A DNA stretch of 49,686 bases from positions 1-49,686 of the forward strand of contig NIVC01000116.1 of assembly GCA_002269645.1 (NCBI GenBank), read 5' to 3'. Each line of letters begins with the position of its first letter. The stretch's first letter is position 1. A program made the position numbers and the translations under genes. Under the pieces are notes generated by a model. It was given only the letters and a program-made list of their open reading frames with translations, had not been told where the DNA came from and searched no databases. The stretch comes from Macrostomum lignano (taxonomy: Eukaryota). Shown here one piece after another: positions 35,611 through 46,700 of the stretch.

Positions 35611-36153
35611 CCCCTAACCCCTAACCCCTAACCCATAACCCCTATCCCCTAACCCCTAACCCCTAAACCATAACCCCTTACCCCTAACCCCTAATCCCTA
35701 ACCACTAACCCATAACCCCTAACCCCTAACCCCTAAACCCCTAACCCTAACCCCTAACCCCTAACCCCTAACCCCTAACCCCTAACCCCTAACCCCTAAC
35801 CCCTAACCCCTAACCCCTATCCCCTAACCCCTAACCCCTAACCCCTAACCCCTAACCCCTAACCCCTAACCCCTAACCCCTAACCCCTAACCCCTAACCC
35901 CTAACCCCTAACCCCTAACACCTAACCCCTAACCCCTAACCCCTAACCCCTAACCCCTATCCCCTAACCCCTAACCCCTAACCCATAACCCCTTACCCCT
36001 AACCCCTAACCCCTAACCACTAACCCATAACCCCTAACCCCTAACCCCTAAACCCCTAACCCCTAACCCCTAACCCCTAACCCCTAACCCCTAACCCCTA
36101 TCCCCTATCCCCTAACCCCTAACCCCTAACCCCTAACCCCTACCCCTACCCCT
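35611..36153. repeat. Telomere-like (CCCCTAA)n array, right part
   Basis: Continues the left array's variant pattern after the transposon. Confidence 0.97.
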
Positions 36154-36297
36154 ATGAGGGAACACAGGTGATAACTCACTGGAGTACCTGAGGGAATACA
36201 GGTGATAACTCACTGGAGTACCTGAGGGAACACAGGTGATAACTCACTGGAGTACCTGAGGGAATACAGGTGATAACTCACTGGAGTGCCTGAGGGT
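36154..36297. repeat. 34-bp repeat, four copies, abutting the telomere-like array
   Basis: Unit tgagggaa(c/t)acaggtgataactcactggagtacc. Confidence 0.92.
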
Positions 36298-36999
36298 TGA
36301 GGCAGCAAGGGTGATCAGAGAGAATGCCAAAACTCACCTGAAGGTTCTGCCATCACTTCGTTATCGCAGGCCGACTTGGAGGCTGAGCGCATTGATGAAG
36401 CCGCAGATTGCAAAGCGTTACCATGAGAGATTTGCGTGCCTAGATATACAATTAAAATCTTAAGCAATCTTATAAGCGCTTATATACTGGTTTAAGTAAA
36501 GCATAATTTAGTGCACCTGTCTCGGTAGAGAGGCTCTTCGAGCCACTGACCAATAGACAGAAAAAATGCCATTTATACCACTTGGACACTTTTATTGTCT
36601 TGGCCTATTGTTCCCAGCAATTGTTCGGCAGTTATCGAAGATTATAAATTTATGCTAATTATTTTGCCAGCTGAACTCAATTATACGAGTAGCCAGCAGT
36701 TGCCCAGAGGGACAGACGGACCGAACAGTCTGCTCAGGGCTGTGGCTAATCTTAATGGCTCGTTAAGAATTGCAAAAGTTATTCAAAATGCAGCGAAGTT
36801 TTTTTAAGCTGTCTCGGTCCGTCTGAGCTCTTTCAACCGTTCATTCGGGTTTGCTTGCGTTGCAGCGCAAGACTTGTAAGACAAACCGCCTTTAGGTGAG
36901 CAATGAGCTCATTGTGTCTCCAACTAGGCCAGTTTGAATTGCTTGTCTGCCTGATGTTCAAGTTTTATCAAGGACTCCAAGACAGAAGGCTGAGAATGA

Positions 37000-37950
37000 G
37001 ATAAATTGGTAGATAGAAAGAAAGATAAAATGGTAGATAGAAAGGGAGATAGAAAGGGAGATAGAAAGGGAGATAGAAAGGGAGATAGAATGGTAGATAG
37101 ATAGGGAGATAAAAAGGTAGATAGACAGGGAGAGAGAATGGTAGATAGAAAGGGAGATAAAATGGTAGATAGACAGGGAGAGAGAATGGTAGATAGAAGG
37201 GGAGACAGAATGGTAGATAGAAAGGGATATAGAAAGGTAGATAGAAAGGGAGATAGAATAACAGATAGAAAGGGAGATAGAATAACAGATAGAAAGGGAG
37301 ATAGAATAACAGATAGAAAGGGAGATAGAATAACAGATAGAAAGGGAGATAGAATAACGGATAGATAGGGAGATAAAATGGTAGATAGAAAGGGAGATAG
37401 AATAACAGATAGAAAGGGAGATAGAATAACAGATAGAAAGGTAGATAGAATAACAGATAGAAAGGGAGATAGAATAACAGATAGATAGGGAGATAAAATG
37501 GTAGATAGAAAGGGAGATAGAATAACAGATAGAAAGGGAGATAGAATAACAGATAGAAAGGGAGATAGAATAACAGATAGATAGGGAGATAAAATGGTAG
37601 ATAGAAAGGGAGATAGAATAACAGATAGAAAGGGAGATAGAATAACAGATAGAAAGGGAGATAGAATAACAGATAGAAAGGGAGATAGAATAACAGATAG
37701 ATAGGGAGATAAAATGGTAGATAGAAAGGGAGATAGAATAACAGATAGAAAGGGAGATAGAATAACAGATAGAAAGGTAGATAGAATAACAGATAGAAAG
37801 GGAGATAGAATAACAGATAGATAGGGAGATAAAATGGTAGATAGAAAGGGAGATAGAATAACAGATAGAAAGGGAGATAGAATAACAGATAGAAAGGGAG
37901 ATAGAATAACAGATAGATAGGGAGATAAAATGGTAGATTGAAAGGGAGAT
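37000..37950. repeat. Purine-rich 24-bp tandem repeat (12-bp subunits)
   Basis: Unit gatagaaagggagatagaataaca with gataaaatggta variants. Confidence 0.95.
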
Positions 37951-38294
37951 AGAGTCATCACGCAACATAAGAATGGCTATCCAATTAGAAAATACTGTTA
38001 ATTAAAAAGATCGATAAACCTTAGTGAAAAATAGCATTTCCATTTGGACAAAAGCAACCCATTAATCAGACATTTGAGAAGCCTCGCCTTTATCTTTGGG
38101 CAAATCTTTTGACAGGATTGTTTGTGCTTAATAAAGCGTTTAGATTTTTAATCCGAATGATAATTAATTGGACCAGTGGCTTCGTTCGTGAGCTTTAACT
38201 TAATGCTGGCTTGAGAATTTAATTGGGAAGATCAAATTGCCAGAGAAATTTATTTTGAGTTCGGAAAAAGGCATCCACTCAAATGCCCCAAATA

Positions 38295-38830
38295 CCTCGA
38301 CAGGTAGACAACCACCCACATACCTCAAGACAGGTAGACAACCATTCCAATGCCCCACATACCTCAAGACAGGTAGACAACCACCCACATACCTCAAGAC
38401 AGGTAGACAACCATTCCAATGCCCCACATACCTCAGAACAGGTAGACAACCATTCCAATGCCCCACATACCTCAGAACAGGTAGACAACCATTCCAATGC
38501 CCCACATACCTCAGAACAGGTAGACAACCATTCCAATGCCCCACATACCTCAGAACAGGTAGACAACCATTCCAATGCCCCACATACCTCAGAACAGGTA
38601 GACAACCATTCCAATGCCCCACATACCTCAGAACAGGTAGACAACCATTCCAATGCCCCACATACCTCAGAACAGGTAGACAACCATTCCAATGCCCCAC
38701 ATACCTCAGAACAGGTAGACAACCATTCAAATGCCCCACATACCTCAGGACAGGTAGACAAACCCACTCCAATGCTCCACATACCTTAAGATAGGTAGAC
38801 AACCACCCACATACCTTAAGACAGGTAAAC
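38295..38830. repeat. 39-bp minisatellite
   Basis: Unit caggtagacaaccattccaatgccccacatacctcagaa, with shortened end copies. Confidence 0.95.
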
Positions 38831-39445
38831 ACCTGTAATGCCACTCTGGCCAGTGCTAGCTTGTACATTGTTTTCTATTAGCAAGTACATGTCGCTACTC
38901 AACTTATGTACGTAAGGCACGCGGCTCTTGTGCACGTTGTAATCAGATCGCTTCCAACCCAGTGGGACTTTTCCGTCCGCCCCGATGTCCGCCCGCGCCT
39001 CCGCCCTTTTTTGGGCGACGGCCGCCCCATGGAGCTACGTGACCTCCGCCCCGGCGTCCGGGGCGGCGCCGCTGGGCGGAGCCTGATGAAATTTGCTCAT
39101 AAGCCTACTATTAGTAGTAGAATTAGCACAAATTTCTTTTTTGCTGCATTCACTCAGCATTTTTTTCACGATTTTTCTGCTTTTTGGATTTTTCGATTTT
39201 GGGATATTAGCGATCACTGGCTTCGTAATTAAGGCTATTAGAATGATTCAAAGACTTGTTCGCTTCGTTTTGTTCCTACTGGTGCAGGCAACTCCGTAAT
39301 GTATATTTAAGTCATAGGTAGTTCGTGTATTTTAATTATTTGCAAGTATTTTAAGGCATTAAAACATTTTATAAATAAGCGCAAAAATTCTTTAAAAAAG
39401 AAATTACAAATGAATATTAGCAAAATCAGGAGTGAAGCGAGTCGG

Positions 39446-39676
39446 CAGGGGCGGATTGAGGGGGGGGGGGCATTAGGGCGGCCGCCCCCTATCAAAATAG
39501 CTTGATAAAAATATTTTTTTTACCTAAGTTTAAAAACCTAAGTTTTTTGTGCATAGCTTCATTTTTTACTTTTAACACACTTTTTGCGCCCCCTAGCTTA
39601 AAAATGGCGCCCCTCATACTCTTGATGGCGCCCCCACACTGGGACCCCCCGAAATGAAATTCCAGATCCGACACTT
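39446..39676. mobile_element. hAT-like MITE nested in the EnSpm element
   Basis: Left end caggggcggatt; degenerate right end gatccgacactt; flanks cgagtcgg / cgagtcag (7 of 8 match, 8-bp TSD). Confidence 0.6.
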
Positions 39677-39942
39677 CGAGTCAGTTGTTAACTTTCCTCC
39701 ACTTCAGCCAGCAACAGTAGCGGCCCGTGCAACGATCAGAAGTTTTTAATCAAATAGGGGAACAAATGAACAAATGAACGATGTGAGGTCCCCCACCCTA
39801 TTTTACCGACTTGAAACCCCGGACCTATGCGTATCTATGCATAACTAAGCAGCAACTCTTCTAAGCTCAGTATCTTACAAAAGCACCTTAATTAGCCTAT
39901 AGGCTTTCACATTTCTGATACTATTTTAACTATATTACGCAT

Positions 39943-42236
39943 TTAATCGTCACTGTAGTCGGAAGGACACCGAAACTCATCGTCACTCGACCCCATCAAA
40001 TCATCCATTTCTCGAACAGCTCTGTTTACATTCGCACTGCGGCGCTTTGCTGCCCTCTGCTGCTGAGTAGGAGCTGGCCGCTTCTGGGCCCGCTGCGGCG
40101 TAGCAGATGTGGTGGCCTGCGAAAGCCCGCTGGCTTGTGGAGTCGAGGCTGCGCTTCTTGCGCTGATTGAATTTGATGGCGTCATGGCACCGATTGTGTT
40201 GCGGCGATGCGACCGCCCCGAGATTCGGTCAGCTCCGTGCCTCAGGTACTGCCGCACTTGGCTAGCGACCAGATCCTGAGACGGCCTGCCGTCCTCCGCT
40301 CTGGTGCCGTAAATTGCTGAGACGGCATCTGCAATTCCAACAAGGGATGCAAAATAGGTCGATAACTATACAAGATTGTGGTATAAAATGACTATATCCG
40401 TGTAAAATAAGCATTATAATTATAATTGTTTTTATGGGTTACAGATTGCAAGAAGGGTTAGCTGCATTTAGCTTAATAACAGAATATCGTACCTTGGATG
40501 TAGCCCAAAAACTTGGATTGAAACGCGAGCTCCCGATCGGATAGCTCCGTGGCTGCACCAGACTGGCACACCCTGTTCCGCATGCCCTGTCCATTGAAAT
40601 TGACAAGTGCTTGCAGTCGGGGCGTCAGGATGACATTGACCATGTCGGTGACTGCAGTTGCCCAATCTCCGCGCCGGCATAGACGGAGATGATTAATCTG
40701 AGGGAAGTGACAGTAAGTTGGGTTCCAGCTTAATTTCGATTAATATAGAAACGAAACTACTTTTACTACTTACTCCTCAGAAGCAGTAGCAAGTAGGGGA
40801 ATTTTTTAATTAAAATAGGTTAACACTGAAACTTACCAAAGTCAAAACTCGCTCAGAAGGCAAATCAGCGAGGAAGCGAGCATACTCCTCCAGTGAACTC
40901 AGAGGTTCAAACAGCAAGCTGGCTGATTGCCCTGCCCGCTGATCCAGACGGGCCTGAATTCCAGCCAGTATGTTGATTATCTGCTGCTGGCTTTCCTCCA
41001 GTTTCATTGTCCGCTGGACCAGCTCTCGCAGCTGAGATACATGGAGGAATACGAGGCCGTCAGCGGAATTTAAGGGCATTGGCGCAATAGACTGAAGCTG
41101 TTCTTGCAGCCTCTTGATTGGGCCCGGCCCGAACTGCAAGCGGACTGGCCGATCGTCTGTGCCAGCAGCAGGTGTGCCAGCATCAGCAGCAGTGCTCAGT
41201 AGAGTTTTTTGAATCGTCGACGCCTCTGCAGCTGCCTTTGCCGCTTCCGCTTTTGCCACTGCCGCCTTCGCTGCTGCCGCCTTCGCCGCCGCCGCCTGTG
41301 CTGCTTTTGCCGCTGCCGCTTCCGCCGCTGCCGCTTCCGCCGCTGCCGCTTCCGCCGCTATCGCTTCGGCCGCTGCCGCTTCCGCCGCTGCCGCTTCCGC
41401 CGCTGCCCTTTCGGCCGCTGCCGCTTCCGCCGCTGCCGCTTCCGCCGCTGCCGCTTCGGGCGCTGCCGCTTCTGCCGCTAAAGCCTCCGCAGCTGCGGCT
41501 GTGGAGGCCGCACTTTTAGAGGCTTCGATCTCTTTCGCTGCCGCAACCGCTGCTGGGGTCTCTGCGTTTCTAGCAGCAGCAAATGCCGGTGGAAGTGGCG
41601 GCAATGCAGAGCCTTTCGAAATCGTCGAATTCGTCGTGGCAACAAATTCAGCATCAGACTCCGGATCGCTTTGAAAGAAATCATCCGTGTTTGAGGCTGA
41701 TCCAGTTGCCTCATTCTAAATAGGAGGATGTGGAAGGCAAACTACTCACTGAACCACTCATCCACTGACTCACCCACATACTGACCCACTAGTTGACTTG
41801 GAATAACAGCTTACCCTTATTTGATAACGGCTGCGGGCCCTTCTCCAATCTTCGCGGGTGAAGACGCGTGGCTGCACTTTCTCTAGTACATCGGCTAGCC
41901 GTTTCTTCTTCCTAATTAATTCTCTTGCGTAGCTGAAGCTGCTGGCCTCCAGACAGTCTTCCATAATAACCTAAAATGATTTGTAGGTTATTTCTTGAAT
42001 TTTTATGCATCAATTTCATTAGTTCATTTTTTTTAAAATCACCGAAAATCAGAAAATCAATAAAATATTGTTAAATTCTTACCTGAACAATGTAAGCTTC
42101 GTAATACTTTTCGTTGTACAGCACTTCACATTTCCATTTTAATGTACAATGGCTCCTATCGAGCCACTCCTGCTCTGTCAGATTTTTTAGATGTGAAGGC
42201 AGAATCACATCCTCTTCCATCATCTCAACTACTTGT
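39943..42236 (-). CDS. Spliced accessory gene of the EnSpm element, DUF4806-like C-terminus; start exon unresolved
   Basis: Phase-compatible exons 42236-42083, 41970-41815, 41715-40837, 40697-40493, 40328-39943. LEEYARFLADL...VNVILTPRLQALVNFNGQG...VRQYLRHGADR resembles the DUF4806 pattern (L..L....NW.G...WLRHA.DR). Contains an (EAAAA)n tract. Confidence 0.68.
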
Positions 42237-42409
42237 CTGTCAATTGCAAAAACAACTAAAAATTTCATTTTTAAACTTAAAAAATGATTTTTTGGATTGA
42301 CAAAGCACGCAGATCGCACGACAATTGCACGGGAGAAGGTAGTAGAGCAGTTGGAAGTTAAGAAGACAAGTCATAGTTTCAAATATCGGGGTGGCAGTGG
42401 CACCATTCA

Positions 42410-42480
42410 GCAAATTAGCCAATGGGATCCGATTGCGGTTGGCCCGCCCTTTCGCTGGATTGGCTAAGCGCTCAGTGCGG
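42410..42480. promoter_or_regulatory. Candidate bidirectional promoter between the two EnSpm genes
   Basis: gccaat (42418-42423), ggcccgccc GC-box and an oppositely oriented gattggc within about 50 bp, between head-to-head genes. Confidence 0.45.
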
Positions 42481-42598
42481 GCGATGGCAGAGTGTTGGTG
42501 TTGTTCATCTTACAATTTTGATTAGAAATTCTTGATCATTCAAATTTGATTATTTGTTTAAAATTTTATTGAACGAAACGGAAACGTAATTATACGTC

Positions 42599-44562
42599 AT
42601 GGCATCAAGGAGCAAACGAAGAAGAGCGGATGATTTCCTAATGACTAGGTTTCTCCGGGACGATGTCGGCTATGGCAAAGCAATGCCTGAAGCTAGCCCT
42701 GTAGAAGTTGATGTCACGGAGGAGCCGACAGAAACTGCTGAAGTTGAGGAAGAAGAAGCTGGCTTTGATGAGCTTCGGTCGTTGAGCAGCACTGACGATG
42801 AAGAGGAAGAGAAACCCCAGGATATTCGCTCAACAGAGAAGAAACTGCTGGACTTGCTGGTCAGTTTCTTCACCATCTTTGGCTATTCCAGACCAGCGGC
42901 TATTTTCCTACTGGCCGGACTTCGTGCGATTGATTTGCCAGCACCTAACTATAAAACAGTCGAGCGAATTCTGAAAGAAGATCAACCCACTGGAAAGACA
43001 ACTCCAATGGGCAATGGACACTTCCGGTATGTGTCGATTCTTGATAACCTGCAGTTGCTGCTCAGCCAAGGTCTGCTGCGACTGATGCCCGAGAATGAGC
43101 ACCGTGATGATCAAAGTTCCACTCCTAAAGTGTTTAAGTTCGAAGGAATCGTCAATTGCGATGGTTTACCACTCTACCATTCGAGTGGATTCGGACTGTG
43201 GCCTATTTTAATGAAAATTCCTGGCGCATTCGCAAAGCCTTTTCCGGTGGGAGTTTGGGCCGGCGTTGGAAAACCTCCACTTTTGCCCTACCTTCAAGAA
43301 TTTTGCCAAGAGGCCACAAAATTTCTTTCTGGTCCTGTCACAATTAGTAAAGACGTCTCCATTACTCTATCAACAATTTATTTCGTTTGCGACGCCCCGC
43401 CCGAGCATTTTTAATGGCAACCTTGAATCACAACTCCTATCATGGCTGCAGCTATTGCCGAGCGGTAGGGCCTCGTGTTGCAAACCGTGTGACTTATGCA
43501 CTGACGGCTGGAGAAAGCCGCTGCGGAAAGATCTATCGCGCAGGGATGGAGAGGAACCAGGAAACAAAAAGCAGGATTCGTTCTCCGCTACTGGATTTGC
43601 CGAGCATAGATTTTGTCACGTCTTTTCCTCTTGATTATCAGCATGCTGTTTGTCTTGGTGTTGTTCGCAAGCTAATGAACTTATACTTTGGCAAAGGACC
43701 AGCCGGTGAATGCAAGCTTAATCCGACACAGTTGCGCCGAATGTCGGATAAGATCACTTTGGTTGCTTCGTGGACACCGTCAGAGTTTCAGAGACGGCCT
43801 CGGCGAATTGATATAAACTTACAGTACATGAAAGCAACAGAATTTCGCCAATTTTTACTTTATTTGGGACCGATTCTGTTTCGAGGCTTCGTGCAGGAAA
43901 AATATATTAATCATTTCTTGCTTCTGCACTTTGCTCTATATGTCTACTCTGATAGGCGGCTGATCGACTTGTATGACCACGCTAAAAAATGTATTGAAGA
44001 ATTCGTATTAAAAACAGCGGAACTTTTTGGACAGCAGTCCGTTAGTTATAACATTCATGCTTTGCTTCATTTAGATCAGTTCGTGCGGCAACACGCAGAT
44101 ATTAATTACTTCTCAACGTTTGCATTTGAAAACTATCTGGGTGCAGTGAAGCGAAGCATTAAAGTCACAAGGCACCTTGCAGCCCATTGCGTCCAACAAG
44201 TTTTTAAGGTGAGAAAGCAAACGCTGCTTCAAAACCACAGCATTCCGGCACTAAGATACCGGCCGACAGCAGGTGACAACTGCTGTTTTGTCGATGAAAC
44301 CTGCAATACGTGCGTCTACATCGACAGCCTTTCAGCAAGTGGACTAGTTTCTGGCAGGATTCTTCTTCCCGAGAGTGACGTTTACTCGTACCCATACGAA
44401 TCCCTCACGCTTGGAATTGGGATTTACCGCCTTACATCGATTGTCACTAGTGGTGTGCCGCAACGCAAATGCTGGATTTGGCCTTCAAAAAATCTGGATA
44501 CCGAAGCAACTGACGCAGAAAGTCGTTTCCACGTTGTGCCTCTAACGGGCGACAGGGATTAG
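42599..44562 (+). CDS. EnSpm/CACTA-type DDE transposase with a single 1-bp frameshift near 43397
   Basis: NCDGLPLY...LWPIL, PFPVGVWAGVGKP, FVCDA(P)ARAFL, HNSYHGCSYC, PLDYQHAVCLGVVRKL, KATEFRQFLLY, YNIHALLHL, FSTFAFENYL. ORFs 42599-43414 and 43387-44562 overlap at gacgcccc-gcccgagca. Confidence 0.92.
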
Positions 44563-46039
44563 ATTAGATATGAACTGATTCGTAAGTCAATTTTAACCCA
44601 ACGTTTTTTTTCAAGGTTTCTAAACAAGTGTATTGCCTAACTTATTGAAACTCGTATCATTTCCCACAGCTGTTTTGGAATCATCGATCAGCTGCTTTGA
44701 TTTCTCGACTCCGCCTCGCAGGGCTCGCATGCATCTACCGAAAAAAACTACTAGCTTATTCGACTGTGAACTGGCAATATCAATACACAAAGACAGAGAC
44801 TGAAACATCGAGAACGCTAGACTGTTTTTTTCTCTGTTCTGCTTTGCTCTCTTTGTTTTGATTTGTTGAACCAAGATTTATAGCTATATAGCTAATAGAA
44901 ATCGTGGGACCCATTTTATTCATGGTCTGTGAACCCTGCTGGCCTGGACATGCCTGGATCAAACAGAGGCTCGAAATAAGCTTTTTTCTTATGGGGGTGG
45001 GGTATAAAGAGACAGAGGCAGCTGTTGTGGCCATAAAAAATGTCGGCTCGACAGGCTTTGAGTTGCTCCTCTACACGATATATCTCTCTCGCAATTCAGT
45101 TCGAAATAAAATTGATACATACTTCCCCACCAACACACTGCCCGCTTCTTTGCTATCTATCAAACAGGCCTTTTCTGTTCGAACTCAGTCTCCCATAAAG
45201 TAAACAACTATATAACTTAGAAGCAGGTCTGTGGGCTAGAACTGAGCTAAAATCTATCTGCTTCCATGAATGGCTTCGAAAAGGAACACTTTTGGCGCAG
45301 CCAGAAATTTGAATCCACTTGGAGAGTGGAGGGAGTGGGCCTGTACAATATCGAAAATATACGATTCCCCATTCCCTTGCATTTTCTGTATCCCCTGTCA
45401 CCCTTTTGCTGCGTTAACACCAGTACACCAGTGAATAGAGAGGCCAGCTAAATTTCCAAGACACTACAGATCCGAACCGTCAAGAGAGCTTTTTTCTGAA
45501 AATAAAGTTCGTTCATTTCTTGACACTGAGTTAGGTGTGTCAATAATTTCAGCATTAACGACAGTTAGATTTATCAAATTTGAGTGTTGAGAACTATGTG
45601 TTTGAATAATTAAACTAACTTTTTATCAATATGTTTCATTAACTGGTTACTAACTCTTTTAAGGCTTATTAAGCCGTTAATACCCATGTGAATGTTACAG
45701 TAACTATATTTTTTACGTTTTAATTACAAAGTTTAGCCTTTCAACAACAACGCTTAATCTGTTTTGCATACTTGTCCTGTCTTACATTTACTACAATGAA
45801 CAACAGTATCTGCTTGTAACTATCTATACTTCGAGATTTGTGTGTCGTCTGAAACGAAAGAGTTGATATTTTTAGCGTGAGTTACAAACGTACAAATATT
45901 AAAAACTCAATAAAAATTTACAACCGCAACAAATTCACGGGGCGCTTTCATTAGGCAAAAATTTCACTTTGCCGAAAAGCACTCTCTTTCACTAGGCCGA
46001 ACCTTATGTACCTCGTAAGAGCGTGCTCGGCAATGTGAA

Positions 46040-46700
46040 GTTCCTCTATCCTCTCTACCCTCTCTCCTTTCTACCCTCTCTTCTCTACCCTCTCTTCTCT
46101 ACCCTCTCTCTTCTCTACCCTCTCTCCTCTCTACCCTCTCTTCTCTACCCTCTCTTCTCTACCCTCTCTCTTCTCTACCCTCTCTTTCTCTACCCTCTCT
46201 CTTCTCTACCCTCTCTCTTCTCTACCATCTCTCCTCTCTACCCTCTCTTCTCTACCCTCTCTCTTCTCTACCCTCTCTTTTCTCTACCCTCTCTCTTCTC
46301 TACCCTCTCTCTTCTCTACCATCTCTCCTCTCTACCCTCTCTTCTCTACCCTCTCTTTTCTCTACCCTCTCTCTTCTCTACCCTCTCTCTTCTCTACCCT
46401 CTCTCTTCTCTACCCTCTCTCTTCTCTACCCTCTCTCCTCTCTACCCTCTCCTCTCTACCCTCTCTCTTCTCTACCCTCTCTCTTCTCTACCCTCTCTCC
46501 TCTCTACCCTCTCTTCTCTACCCTCTCTCTTTTCTACCCTCTCTCCTCTCTACCCTTCTCCTCTCTACCCTCTCTCCTCTCTCCCTATTTCTTCTTTCTC
46601 TTCCTTCTCTCCTCTCCTCCCTCTCTCCCTTCTCTCGTCTCTTCCCTCTTTTCTCCTCTTGTCTTCTTTCTTATCTCATCTCTCTCTGTCTCTCATGTCT
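46040..46700. repeat. CT-rich low-complexity tandem repeat inside the EnSpm element
   Basis: Recurrent ctctaccctctc(tc)ttct; source of the spurious LYPL ORF. Confidence 0.92.

Noticed and set aside
36924-38868. Long ORFs (345, 336, 222, 185 aa)
   Set aside because: They are products of the 24-bp and 39-bp tandem repeats.
41118-41519. Pro/Leu-rich and Arg/Cys-rich plus-strand ORFs
   Set aside because: They are antisense shadows of the (EAAAA)n coding repeat.
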